DNA of 64,000 nucleotides from Saprolegnia diclina VS20 (Eukaryota). The position numbers and the translations under genes are program-made. Below the pieces are notes generated by a model. The model had not been told where the DNA came from and did not search any database. It saw only the letters and a program-made list of their open reading frames with translations. Positions 48,362 to 59,176 of this stretch are shown one piece after another. Within the stretch, counting starts at the first letter, position 1. Each line of letters opens with the position of its first letter. The DNA lies in NCBI RefSeq assembly GCF_000281045.1, contig NW_008246116.1, positions 91,278-155,277 on the forward strand, read 5' to 3'.

Positions 48362-48961
48362 CTAAATACTGGCACGCGACACAAGATTGCGCTCGTGACG
48401 ATCCGACAACGAAGCCGGTCGTGCTTCGTCCACCGCGTTGGGGTCGACGAGGTGCAGGAAGCGGGCGAGGACGATGCAGAGAGCCGAGAACTTGTCGCAC
48501 TTGGTGTGCTCCTTTCGAAGCAAATGCAGCAGCGAGTCGAGGAGCTCCTGGAAATGCTCGAGAAAGATCTGGTTGGTCGCGGCCGTGTGGCGGTGCAGCC
48601 GGATCTGCAGCCACGCGCGGACATTACCGTGCTTCTTGGGCCGGTCAAAGTTGTTGCGAAGGTCTTCCCACAGCCACGGGCACATCGCCGGGCACATGTG
48701 GCCGGGCTCCAACGCCGCCAGCAAGTCGTCCTTGAGCTGCATGAACGCGTGGAAGCTCTTCTCGACGTCGTGGCTCGTCGTGCCGTGGAAGACGCGGAGC
48801 TGGAAGATGACTGCGTCTTCATTCGCCCGGCGCGAGCACGTCATGTCGGAGCGAAGCGCGCAGCGAACGATCTCGACGCGCGTTGTTTCGAGCTTTTCGG
48901 GCGCGCTGCGGTTGTGCCAGAGCGGGAGGTGGCCGTGGTGCAGCGATGTCAAGCCAGCCAT
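48362..48961 (-). CDS. PX-like His/Cys family member c
   Basis: KLETTRVEIVRC..HDVEKSFHAFMQLK..GHMCPAMCPWLWEDL..HFQELLD..KC. Confidence 0.85.
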   Translation of the reverse strand: MAGLTSLHHGHLPLWHNRSAPEKLETTRVEIVRCALRSDMTCSRRANEDAVIFQLRVFHGTTSHDVEKSFHAFMQLKDDLLAALEPGHMCPAMCPWLWEDLRNNFDRPKKHGNVRAWLQIRLHRHTAATNQIFLEHFQELLDSLLHLLRKEHTKCDKFSALCIVLARFLHLVDPNAVDEARPASLSDRHERNLVSRASI

Positions 48962-49880
48962 CGCGATCTTCTTGGGGTCTGGTGGGTGCGATCGCAAATC
49001 GGAGTATGGACCTCAGCTGCCACCGACGTGTCGCTGGCCACCGTTTTTCGCAGGCCTCTTCCGCGTGGCCGCCATATGGGTCAAGCGCCATCCATGATTG
49101 GCGACCGCCCAATTCGCTGGTCCAGTACCTTCGTCCCACGGCAGCTCCATGGAGAGGAGAAGGATACTGCGACTTGGTGGATTACGCGACGCACCTTGTT
49201 CTCAAGCACACGTGGCATGGCCGTAGCGAATGACTCCAGAAGCTGCCAAGGACCTGGACTGCTGGATGAGATCATGGCGACTGGATGACGTGACATCAAT
49301 GAGCTCATCTAAGAGAATTTCAAAGTGTTTAAATCATGTGTATCGTAAACAACCAAGCGAGCTGTTTTAAACGCTAGCGGAAGGGCAATTTCGTGAACAA
49401 AAGGCACAATCCATGTGACAACGTCGTTCTTGACCGTGAGTTGCTGGGACGAGTCGACAACCATGATGACGCCGCTGCGTCACCAAGATACTTTGAAATC
49501 TGCCTCTCGCGACCAATCACAACGTCCACAAGGACAAAGACTTGCGGTCCACGTCAACCGTGAGCACAACCGTCGCCCTGTCGACGATGCCAACGCTGTG
49601 TGAAAGCCATTCTTGTGCGCAATCTTGCGATGTTGTGTACACCTCTACACGACGGCACATCATTCGTCGCGTCGATCACTCGGTTTACACCGCGCACGGT
49701 ATTTCCGTCTGCGTTTGTGACGGCTTGCTTGTGGCCACCATTTTCAAATCAATATGACATTCCGAGGAGGGTTGTAATTGGCAGTCGTCGCTGTGAGAAG
49801 GATCCCGTGGTGGTGGCGGGCAAATGACTCGCATTGGGGCATTACAATAAATAAGAAAAACTAAGATCTAAAACTAGCGT

Positions 49881-50471
49881 CTAAAAGCGGAGGCGCGAGC
49901 TCGACGCGCACGTGTCGAGCATCGACGGCACTTGGAGAAACTGGGTCAAGACGTCGCAGACGTCGTGGAACTGGTGGCACTGAACGTCGCGCTGGCGAAG
50001 CAAGTGCAACATCGAGTCGAGGAGCTCCTGAAAGTGCTCGAGATACACTTGGACCGTGCGCTTTGTGTGTCGGTGGAGACGCATTTGAAGCCACGTGCGG
50101 AGGTTGACCTTTTGCGTCGGGTGCTCAAAGTTGTGGTAGAGGTCTTCCCAGAGCCACGGGCACACGCCGCTGCACGCATGTCCAGGGTCGAGTGCGAGCA
50201 GCAGTGCCTCCTTGAGCTGTGTGAACGCCGTCCAGCTCTGCTCGACGAGGTGGTAGCCCGACGCTGTGTGCACCTTGATGACAAAGATGACATTGTCGTT
50301 GCTGGGCTTGACCTTGCTGGCGTCCGACGGCAAGCGGATCGACGCGCGGACAATCTCGACGCGCGTTGCGTCCACGCGGTACGTCGTTGATGAGGACGAC
50401 GACGAGGACGACGAAGATGAAGTCGACGACGCGAACGAGTGGCGAATGTGCACCATGTGCGGCGCAAGCAT
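49881..50471 (-). CDS. PX-like His/Cys family member d (poly-Ser N-terminus)
   Basis: RVDATRVEIVRA..HLVEQSWTAFTQLK..GHACSGVCPWLWEDL..HFQELLD..QC. Confidence 0.85.
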   Translation of the reverse strand: MLAPHMVHIRHSFASSTSSSSSSSSSSSTTYRVDATRVEIVRASIRLPSDASKVKPSNDNVIFVIKVHTASGYHLVEQSWTAFTQLKEALLLALDPGHACSGVCPWLWEDLYHNFEHPTQKVNLRTWLQMRLHRHTKRTVQVYLEHFQELLDSMLHLLRQRDVQCHQFHDVCDVLTQFLQVPSMLDTCASSSRLRF

Positions 50472-51618
50472 GATTGAAGATGAGCGCAAAAAGGTAAATT
50501 AAAGAATGAACTCGTGGACGATATACGCATGAAGCATTGGTTGCCTACACAGACATGCGGCAGCATGTCCCACGGATGTTGCCGCCACCAACTTTCGTCA
50601 ACAATCCTGAAGCGCACTTTAGCCGTCGCTCACCTGCACCACCTCGCACTTTGCCGGATCCGATTACGAAGATCGTCGTGGCTGGGTCTTGCTGCATAGC
50701 AGGACGCGCGCTGGCGTGAGCACGGTCTCGCATCGCCATGGCAATGCTTGGACGACAGCAAGCGGTCGATCTCCGAGACGACGTGGGCGACGACGCTGCC
50801 ATACATTAGATAAAAGTAGCGTGCCACATCTTCCTCATCAAAGAGGCCGCGACGTGATCGCGATCGCTCGGTGATATTTTTCGCAGAAGAATGCCAAGGC
50901 GCTTTCGTTGAAAAGAACACTTGAAGGCGACGTGTGGTCAAGAAAATGTGCGATAGAAAAGGCAACGTGTGGACCGAGGCCGTGCTCAGGAAGCGTCATT
51001 GCAGTCGTCTCGCGCAGGTGACCTCCCAATGGAACGCGTCGCTAGGAGCGTCACCAATGCAGCTCGCCACGTCGAAAACCCCAGTCCCAATCCTGGTGTA
51101 ATATAAGATAGCAACGTGCAGGATAGTGTTTGCGGATGCTAGTAGAATTGGTCCGTAAACTGTTTAGAGACGCTCGCTAGACGTGCACCAGGCAGGCTAC
51201 GTAGCTCAAGAGCACATCCGACTTCGTCGGTGCGTCGATACATCGTCATTGCCCCGAGGGCCATCGGCACAGCCGACCAATCACACAGCTCTATGCACAT
51301 GACGATATAAAGCTCGACATAGTCGCGACGTCGGAGGCCCTTCCTGGACCATGACAGTCCGACACTGCCGCATATCATTCGATATCTAAACCAGGTATCA
51401 ACAGGGAGATGTGACGGCACCCGAGCCTCTCGAGCTCCAGTTGCTGCCGATGAACTACGTCGGCATGGCTCTTTTCGCTGCGACCAGTTTCGTTACGTCA
51501 ACTGCAGAGCTCTTGGCTGTAGGCGATTGAACTCGTCTTGTCTCTCGAGCCGATCCAGCTCGGGTTGGCAAAGACTGTGATATTATAAATATACTAATAT
51601 GACATAGCGTCGCGTGCG

Positions 51619-52209
51619 CTAGGGAATCGACGAGCGCGACCGGGCCACGGCGATCGTGGGCGGCCGAATGTGCAGAAAGTTTGCGAGGACGGTGCAGACA
51701 TCGAGAAGTCGCTTGCAGTGACCGCCGCGCGTGTGAAGAAGCCGGAGGAGCGAGTCCAGAAGCTCCTGGAAGTGTTCCCGAAACACTTGAATCGTTCGGC
51801 GGTTGATCACGTGCAGGCGAATGAAGAGGTACTTGAAGAACGGCACGTTGCGCCGGGGTATGTCAAAGTTGGACGCGAGGTCTTCGTAGAGCCAAGGACA
51901 CAGGCCATTGCACGCGTGCCCCGGGTCCAGCGCCGTTAGCAAGTCGCGCTTGAGCTCGAGGAACGCAGCCCAACTCTGCTCGACCAAGTGGTGCGATGCG
52001 CCGTCGTAGATCTTGAGGACGTAAATGACGCTGGCTTCGCGGGGCTGGCTCTTGTCGACGTTTTTGCAAACGCTGGCTCGGAGAATCTCGACGCGCACGT
52101 GGTCAAGGGCGCGCCATCCCATCGGTGGCGACGACGTCAGGGACGACGTAGACGACGCCCGCGACCGGTGGAGCACGAGGGTATTCGACGATGGACTTAG
52201 CGGCTTCAT
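51619..52209 (-). CDS. PX-like His/Cys family member e
   Basis: ALDHVRVEILRA..HLVEQSWAAFLELK..GHACNGLCPWLYEDL..HFQELLD..HC. Confidence 0.85.
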   Translation of the reverse strand: MKPLSPSSNTLVLHRSRASSTSSLTSSPPMGWRALDHVRVEILRASVCKNVDKSQPREASVIYVLKIYDGASHHLVEQSWAAFLELKRDLLTALDPGHACNGLCPWLYEDLASNFDIPRRNVPFFKYLFIRLHVINRRTIQVFREHFQELLDSLLRLLHTRGGHCKRLLDVCTVLANFLHIRPPTIAVARSRSSIP

Positions 52210-53060
52210 GGGAAAAGGTACAATGCGCCCTCATCCTCGACGTGGTTCGTAGGAGGATCCGCTGTCCGTGTCTATGACCACGTGGTTGCGCGCGCCGTGT
52301 GCTCCGTCATCGGCCCGTCGCATGGGCCTGATTCGTCGACCATCATCAGTTCCTTCTTGGAATTGTGTTCTAGTACACGCGATCCAACGAAGCGTGGCAA
52401 CACCCTTCGAGGTGCACGCTCGGGCCGTCTCTTTGGCGCCGCCGCCCGTTCACGTCAAAGCCATCGCGACAACCCGTAGAGGGCGCATGACTGTCTTCCT
52501 GCACACGTACATGTATGAGCTCGTTCGTGGCCATAGAAAGGACCCTCCCTGGTCAGTGTAATGGTCGGTGACGATGAGCGATGATGGCCGCATGAACAGA
52601 GTCAAGGTTCGTCACAGTCGATGCATCATGGTCGTAACACGTCGATCGACGATTTCATCAACACGTCATGGCAACGGCAATGTGAGTCGCCATCCGTCAC
52701 GAGAGAGGCGTCCACCTGACAAAGAGACTGCAATAGTACGGAGCATGCTTCTCCCTCTTCGCAACGACGACACGCTCATAAACGATCCATCGACACCCAA
52801 TGCAGCAGAGGGATTCTGACCAGTCTCCCACGTCTTATCACTACTACCATTGCCGAAGATTCGCTTGCGTAGCTGTACTATACCGACACCACAACAAAGA
52901 AGCGCACGAGACGAAGCAGGAGCACTGCGAGGCAGCTCAGTCGAGAGTACATCGCGCTGAGCAGCACAAAGGTAGGGCAGGTGAACAAGGGGAGTCGACG
53001 CAACATGTCTTTTAGTAAATAAATATGACTACGCTATCGCTACCTAACATGACTATCTAC

Positions 53061-53687
53061 TTAGCATTCGACGCAACCCGTGCTCGACATGGTGGCGCTG
53101 TGATACGAGCGGGGCTCGGGCGACCCGAGGAGCGTTGGCGGGCGCACGTCAATGAAGCGCGCGAGGACGGCGCAGACGTCGTGGAACTGGCGGCAGTGAA
53201 TGTGGCGCTGGCGCAGCACAGTCAGCATCGAGTCGAGGAGCTCCTGAAAGTGCTCGAGAAACACTTGGATCGTGTCTTTGGTGCGGCGGCGCAGGCGGAG
53301 GTGCAGCCACGTGCGGAGGTTGACCTTCTTGGTCGGGTAGTCAAAGTTGTGGTGAAGGTCTTCCCAGAGCCACGGGCACACGCCGCTGCACGCGTGGCCG
53401 GCATCAAGCGCCGTCAAGAGGTCTTCTTTGAGCTCCGAGAAGGCCGCCCAGCTCTGCTCGATAATGTGGCAGCCGTCGCCCTTGTCGACTTTGATGATAA
53501 AGAAGATGCACGAGCTGTCGGGCTTCTTCTTATCTTTTGGGAGGCGCACCGAAGCCCGTTCGATCGTGACGCGCGTCCGGTCGAGGCGATGCGTCGGGCT
53601 TGGCTCGTCGTCGTCCATCGAGCGGCTCGAGCCCCAGGACACGCGCGAATGCCGGATGATGTCCGGGATCGTCAAGGCAGCTTTCAT
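53061..53687 (-). CDS. PX-like His/Cys family member f (closest to b)
   Basis: C-terminal half identical in protein to member b (TKKVNLRTWLHLRLRRRTKDTIQVFLEHFQELLDSMLTVLRQRHIHCRQF..). Confidence 0.85.
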   Translation of the reverse strand: MKAALTIPDIIRHSRVSWGSSRSMDDDEPSPTHRLDRTRVTIERASVRLPKDKKKPDSSCIFFIIKVDKGDGCHIIEQSWAAFSELKEDLLTALDAGHACSGVCPWLWEDLHHNFDYPTKKVNLRTWLHLRLRRRTKDTIQVFLEHFQELLDSMLTVLRQRHIHCRQFHDVCAVLARFIDVRPPTLLGSPEPRSYHSATMSSTGCVEC

Positions 53688-54606
53688 CGTAGAGATGGCG
53701 AAATCGAAAATGGACTTACCGATATGCTGTCATTCGAACGGCGTCACTGCGGTTCACTTGAAAGAGCGTCATGCGCGCTTGGAACTCGGCACGGTTTGTG
53801 CCATTTGGAATCTCCATAATCGCGATCGAAACTGTATTAAACAGCAAGCTCTCACAGAAAAAGAGAGATGTTGACCGTGATTCTCCGTTGTGTTTTAAAC
53901 TGTTCCGACTTACTTTAGTCCTCGTGACCGTAATCGGCCGCGCGGCCACCAGCTGGCGATTGCGACGAAGCCAATCGTCGTAAGGTTCTGTGATTCTGCG
54001 GTTGGGAGCCAACGGCGCGCGCCGTTGTCGCAACGAAAGCAGTTGCGATGTCCCGTGATTTCTTGAACTAGTAGCCACAAGTCGCGATGGCACACACACA
54101 CTTCGCGAGGAATCGAGGATTGGGCTCAACGTCTCGCAGCGACATGGAGCCGACGACGAGAGGCGTCGAAGGGAAAACTTGCGACTGTTGGTGTGGACGC
54201 GTCCGTCCTCGGACTATTTCTAAGCCGGAGAAATGTGTGACCAAAAAGAGAAAGCATGATTACATACATACTCATGTCTGGCCTTTGTCCTTGCTGGCAC
54301 CAAGCAGCAGACAAAAGCGTGAAACAACTGACATGGACCTGGCCTTGACGACGTCCCGTGACCACCCACTCGATTGGCGTACCGCGTCGGAACGTTCTCG
54401 TGGCTGCAGCTATTCCCGGCAGAGCCGACACCACCAATCTCCACTGCCACGAAGGGACATGGCACCAAGCCCACTCAACTAGGCGACTATGTTGTGGCCT
54501 TGTGATGCGACTAGAGAGACGGGCTATATACACAAGTCTTTTTTGGGTGCGAGGACAGCTGCGCAGCTTTGTGCTCTTGCGTCCTCCGCTCAATTTCAAT
54601 TAATAC

Positions 54607-55194
54607 CTATATGAATTCATACGTTTCGGCGCACATTGGATGCAGCGAGCTCGACGCCATCGAGCAACGCGCGGCCTCGAGCACGGTCGGCGGTCGTACG
54701 GCAATAAAGTGCGCAAACACCGAGCGCAGATTTCCAAAGGCGACGCAGTCGATCGTGTCCTGGCGCAGCACGACCAGAAGCGTGTCCAAAAGGTCTTGAA
54801 AATGCTGAAGAAAGAGGGCTGTCGCCACCTCCTTGTGCGGGCGTAGACGCAGCTGGAGCCACATGCGCAGATTTGCGCTCTTTGGCCGGTCAAAGTTGCG
54901 CTTCAGATGCCCGTGGAGCTGGCCGCAGAGCGGTCCGTTCCCGCACTTGTGGCCTTTGGCGAGCGCCGCGAGCAAATTCGCCTTGAGCTCCCGAAAGGCC
55001 GACCAGCTCTGCTCGATGATGTGGTAGTCGGAGCCGTCGTAGACCTTCATGACAAAGAACGTGTTGGCGCGGCAGGGCTTGGGCAAGTCGTCCGTGACCC
55101 GCACGGCCGCGCGCAGGATGTCGACACGGGTCCGGTCCAAGCGGTGGCCCGAGGACGGCAGCGAGTAGCGGTGCATCGGCGGCGCTTGCGTCAT
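54607..55194 (-). CDS. PX-like His/Cys family member g (inverted copy of a)
   Basis: Complete 195-aa ORF from ATG 55194, with the same motifs as member a. Confidence 0.85.
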   Translation of the reverse strand: MTQAPPMHRYSLPSSGHRLDRTRVDILRAAVRVTDDLPKPCRANTFFVMKVYDGSDYHIIEQSWSAFRELKANLLAALAKGHKCGNGPLCGQLHGHLKRNFDRPKSANLRMWLQLRLRPHKEVATALFLQHFQDLLDTLLVVLRQDTIDCVAFGNLRSVFAHFIAVRPPTVLEAARCSMASSSLHPMCAETYEFI

Positions 55195-57750
55195 GCAGCG
55201 AGGATGTTGAAAAGTGATCTTTGCAAAGCAAATCGAAGAAGAAAAGGCGCAGAATGAAGCCGCGTGGTCGCCAGTGTCGGCGGGTAATTTGGTCGCACGC
55301 CGGAAACACCTGTTGCGATCATCGTGTACAGAACGCATTTGATCTCGGTAGTTGTATGGAAGGCGGTGGACTGTTTTAAACAGACTGTTGGAAACGACGA
55401 ATTAGCGGCTGGACGCAATCTGCGCCACGGCGATGCAGCGCCTGATGATGCGCCGCCGCGTGGGCAAAATCAACGTTATCACTGGCGTATGCAAGCCGCT
55501 TCATGGCTTCTTCCCTCGACCGTCTTCATCAACAGACACACGCTTTATCCGAGTCGAGTAATACGAGGCAGTTTCGGTTTTAACACTATATACATTCGAG
55601 TCGCTTGAACGGCATCCGCGACGATTCAGGCGCGTTGTTCTAGTACAAAATTCGACTTGACAAGCCGATAAATTACATTTTAAATGTGACAATATACCGA
55701 AGGCGCTGCTGCTCCTCTCGGTACACGAGGTATTCGTCGTGATAAAACGACGACGACGACACTTCCGACTGGACTTGCGGACCGCAGTTGACGGTGACAG
55801 CGCGTCCGTCAAAGTCGAGCGTCCGGTCGTGTGCCGGATCCGGGTGCACATTGCCCTTGGCCAAGACCGAGTCGAAGCCGTCCGGCGCGCGCTTCAAGGA
55901 CGAGTCATCCTGCGTGATCTCGTGCATGCGGCCGAGCGCAGCTTCGACGAGGAAGACGCAGCCGAGACGCTCGCCATTGTAGTTGGCCGGCGAGACGTAC
56001 GAGCGGGACTTGGCGAGCATGTTGGCGAGGTAGATCCCCTTGCCGACACGCCCGCCCGACGACGGCATGATGCGCAGACCCGACTTGAGGATCGCTGCGA
56101 CGACAGCGACATTGGTGCCGTGCCACAAGAGGCGGTGGTTGTCGACGTCTTGGAACGGCGCAAACCGAGCGTCCTCCGTGGACCGCTTGACGGCCCAGAT
56201 ACCCGCCACGTCCATGCCGTTGCCGCCCCGCGTCTGCGCAATGTACTCGAGCAGCGTCGCGTGCTCGGGGCTGGCTGCGTCGACGAGGCTAATGTCGGCG
56301 TGGAGCTCGGCGTAGTTGAGGTCGATTTGGTTCACGGCCGTTGTTGACGCAGACGCGGACGCCGCTTTCTGGACGTCTTGGGCCACGACAATGTCGTGCA
56401 GCGTCGAGAGCATCTCAAACTTGGCCGCGATCTGGTCGGGCGACTTGAGCAGCGGCGGGATCGACGACCGACTGAAGGCGTGTGGAATGAGCTGGTAAAA
56501 CTTGGACGAGAGCTCGGCGATCGACCCATCCGTGCGCGCTTGGAGACTCTCGAGGATCGCGACGCCCTTTGCGATTTGCGACGCGCTCAATGTGCCGAGC
56601 GGCATGCGCGCCGGGTCCAGATTCATTTGCGACAAGGCGTCCTTGAACATGTTGGTGTCAAAGATCATGCGCAAAAGGTGCTGCGTGGGGAGTGGCAGTG
56701 ATGACGGTGCCGTGTCACTGCCCACACTGCCCGTGGTAGTCGCCGCGGTCGCCTTGGCGTCCAGTTCGATGATCTCGTAGCTGCCCTTCTTGGGCACAAA
56801 GCTCGCGCGGTTGGCCCACACATTCTTGGTTTTGTCTTTAAACTTTTTCTCAAAGGCCGCAGTCGCCGTACCGAGGTCCCACGACGCGCCTTTGGCCAAG
56901 AGCATGAAATCGCCGTCCTCTCCGACGCGACCCCAGCGCGTCCAGACGTCGTAGCGCTCCGTGCCAGGGTACGAAAGTAGCTGGAGGCGGTAAAACTTGT
57001 TCTTGGACGTCGTCGCCTTGATTTCGACCTGGTTGAGCATGACGTCGTGGGCACCGACGACGATGGCTCCGCTGCCGTAGCGCGTGCTGTAGTGGTCGTC
57101 AAGCTTGCGCTGAAAGTCTTCCTCTTCCTTGATGGCGGCATGCGTCAAAGTGGTTTCGGGCGTCTCGGGCGTCGCCTTGGTCGATGCTGTCGCCGCCTTG
57201 GCCTTGGTTGCTATCTTGGTCGTCTTGGCCTTGCGGGTCGGCTTGGTTTCGGGCGCCGGGGCAGCCGATGCAGGCGAGACGTTGGTGGCGCTGCTGCGCG
57301 TCGAGCGCTTGGCGGGCGGCGCCTTCACAAGCGTAGTGGCTTGGGTTTGGCGGCCATGGTCAATCTTTGAAAATGCGATCCGACACGAGCGATGACAGGC
57401 CGTTGGTACCACCACTCTTGCCCTTCCAAAGACCATCACTCAAAATGACCTCCGATTAGTCTCAAAACCGAAAGGCGGGGTTGTTGTTGGTTGCTGGGGA
57501 GGGCGCTGAGAAGCTCTTGCCTAGGTACTTGAACATAATGGCTGTAGAAAGACTCGGACAGTAGTGCAAGCACCAGAAAGCTCTCGTGCCCACTCCAAAG
57601 GCCTTGCTTGGCACATGTGCTATATCCGGTTATTGGTGCCGATTTCCGGATGATGGCGGAAACTGCCTGGATGCATGGTCTTGACTCCTCAACGTGTGCA
57701 TTATTGCGCTTCTTCTAGCATTCCGGTGCACGAACTATGCCAACGAATAC
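54735..57750 (-). repeat. Right arm of inverted duplication
   Basis: Reverse complement of 43326..46323; outer ~300 bp (57443..57750) is clearly more diverged, with indels. Confidence 0.95.
55673..57436 (-). CDS. PARP3-like poly(ADP-ribose) polymerase, copy 2
   Basis: Same ORF as copy 1 with six amino-acid differences seen (T>I, P>H, Y>F, G>V, P>S, Y>H); catalytic H-Y-E intact. Confidence 0.93.
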   Translation of the reverse strand: MVFGRARVVVPTACHRSCRIAFSKIDHGRQTQATTLVKAPPAKRSTRSSATNVSPASAAPAPETKPTRKAKTTKIATKAKAATASTKATPETPETTLTHAAIKEEEDFQRKLDDHYSTRYGSGAIVVGAHDVMLNQVEIKATTSKNKFYRLQLLSYPGTERYDVWTRWGRVGEDGDFMLLAKGASWDLGTATAAFEKKFKDKTKNVWANRASFVPKKGSYEIIELDAKATAATTTGSVGSDTAPSSLPLPTQHLLRMIFDTNMFKDALSQMNLDPARMPLGTLSASQIAKGVAILESLQARTDGSIAELSSKFYQLIPHAFSRSSIPPLLKSPDQIAAKFEMLSTLHDIVVAQDVQKAASASASTTAVNQIDLNYAELHADISLVDAASPEHATLLEYIAQTRGGNGMDVAGIWAVKRSTEDARFAPFQDVDNHRLLWHGTNVAVVAAILKSGLRIMPSSGGRVGKGIYLANMLAKSRSYVSPANYNGERLGCVFLVEAALGRMHEITQDDSSLKRAPDGFDSVLAKGNVHPDPAHDRTLDFDGRAVTVNCGPQVQSEVSSSSFYHDEYLVYREEQQRLRYIVTFKM

Positions 57751-57775
57751 GAACGACAAATTACAAGTTGTTGGG

Positions 57776-58318
57776 TTAACTAACGCACTGCATGGCTTCT
57801 ATGGGGTCGGCGGTCAAAAATCGCGCGACGACGGCGTAGACGCCTTGGAAGCGCTCGCAGTGAATGCGGGTTTGGCACAGTAGCCTCACGAGGGAGTCTA
57901 GAAGTTGCTGGAAGTGATCTCGGAAGATTTCAATCGTCGTTGGCGTATGGCGCTGGAGGCGAATGTTCCACCACTCGAGGAATCCGAGTTTCTTGTGTGT
58001 TGGAAAGTCAAAATTGTGCCGGAGGTCTTCCCAGAGCCACGGGCAGACGCCTTGACACGGGTGACCGGGCGCGAGTGCAATGAGGAGCTCGTCCCGTAAC
58101 GCGATGAACGCCGACCATGTCTGTTCGACACCGTAGCAGTCGCCGTCGTCGTGGACGCGCAGCACAAAGACCACGTGATCTTTCGTCGGCTTGGCGATGC
58201 CAGTGGGCAGCCGGACGTCGGCGCGAAGAATTTCGGCGCGCGACGCCGGCAGTCGGTGCTCGCACGTCGTCGAGACGCAGGTCGACGCATACGACGCGAC
58301 CAGGTCCGACTCGGGCAT
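57776..58318 (-). CDS. PX-like His/Cys family member h
   Basis: RLPASRAEILRA..VEQTWSAFIALR..GHPCQGVCPWLWEDL..HFQQLLD..HC. Confidence 0.85.
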   Translation of the reverse strand: MPESDLVASYASTCVSTTCEHRLPASRAEILRADVRLPTGIAKPTKDHVVFVLRVHDDGDCYGVEQTWSAFIALRDELLIALAPGHPCQGVCPWLWEDLRHNFDFPTHKKLGFLEWWNIRLQRHTPTTIEIFRDHFQQLLDSLVRLLCQTRIHCERFQGVYAVVARFLTADPIEAMQCVS

Positions 58319-58696
58319 CTCAAGCGATTCTCACGACATTGCCTTGCGTAATCGCCAGATGGCGTCGACTCGGTTGAATTTGTGCAGCCGGCTACACAAT
58401 CGGTTAAGCAAACCGGTTAATGTTGTCGGCTGAAATCGTCGGCTCGGTCCTGGCAATGGACTGACGTGGTGCCACGTCATATCCAGGAGTCGGCGGCACC
58501 AACGCTCGCGGGTGTATATATCGCGGTTTTGTCTGAACTCGTGCTCGTATTTCGTGGCAGGCAGTGGAAGTACTGCAGACCCTGCTTCCCCACTCCGCAA
58601 AGACTACACAAACTTGAGATTCGTAGGACGTTTGGCTTTGGTTGTAGTACTACACACTGTAGCACTTGGTTGCGACTCATTGGGGGAAATAGAACG

Positions 58697-59176
58697 TTAC
58701 GGGCACTTGACCGGCGGTGACAAGAACTCGGATAGAAGCGTGCGAAGGTTGTCCAGACCGGAGCAGCGAGTCGCGGTCACCAGCGCCAGCATTGCATCAA
58801 AGAGCACTTGATAGTGCTCGAGGAAGATCGCAATCGTCTCGGGCGTGTGGTGGTGCAGCTGAATCTTGCACCAGTTGCGAAACCCGACGTGCATGCGCTC
58901 GACGTTGGGCTCGAGCTCGGCCCAGAGCGCCGTGCAGCGCTTGGCGCAGTCGTGACGCCGCGCCTTGAGCACTGCGTCTTCAAAGCGGCGGCACTCGGGC
59001 CACGTGCGCTCGACAATGCGGTACGCATTGCTCGACGTTGAAACCTTGAGCACAAAGACGATGTACTTTCGGGACGGCTTGAGCTGCCCGGGGGGCAGGC
59101 GCACGACGGAGCGCAGGATCTCGGTGCGCGCCGGCACTGGGCTCGGGCGCGCGGGCGATGCAGGGCTGCTTTGCAT
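58697..59176 (-). CDS. PX-like His/Cys family member i (most divergent)
   Basis: PARTEILRSVVRLP..VFVLKV..VERTWPE..RHDCAKRCTALWAEL..FLEHYQVLFD..RC. Confidence 0.75.
   Translation of the reverse strand: MQSSPASPARPSPVPARTEILRSVVRLPPGQLKPSRKYIVFVLKVSTSSNAYRIVERTWPECRRFEDAVLKARRHDCAKRCTALWAELEPNVERMHVGFRNWCKIQLHHHTPETIAIFLEHYQVLFDAMLALVTATRCSGLDNLRTLLSEFLSPPVKCP

Noticed and set aside
50630..50965. Possible tenth degenerate PX-like member (..YFYLMYGS..SKHCHG..)
   Set aside because: Lacks the EQSW, CPWL and HFQ motifs; similarity too weak.
43326..57750. Transposon with long terminal inverted repeats
   Set aside because: No transposase, integrase or target-site duplication recognised; the arms consist of ordinary genes.
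45864..59176. RXLR/Crinkler effector cluster
   Set aside because: No signal peptides and no positioned RXLR-EER or LFLAK motifs.
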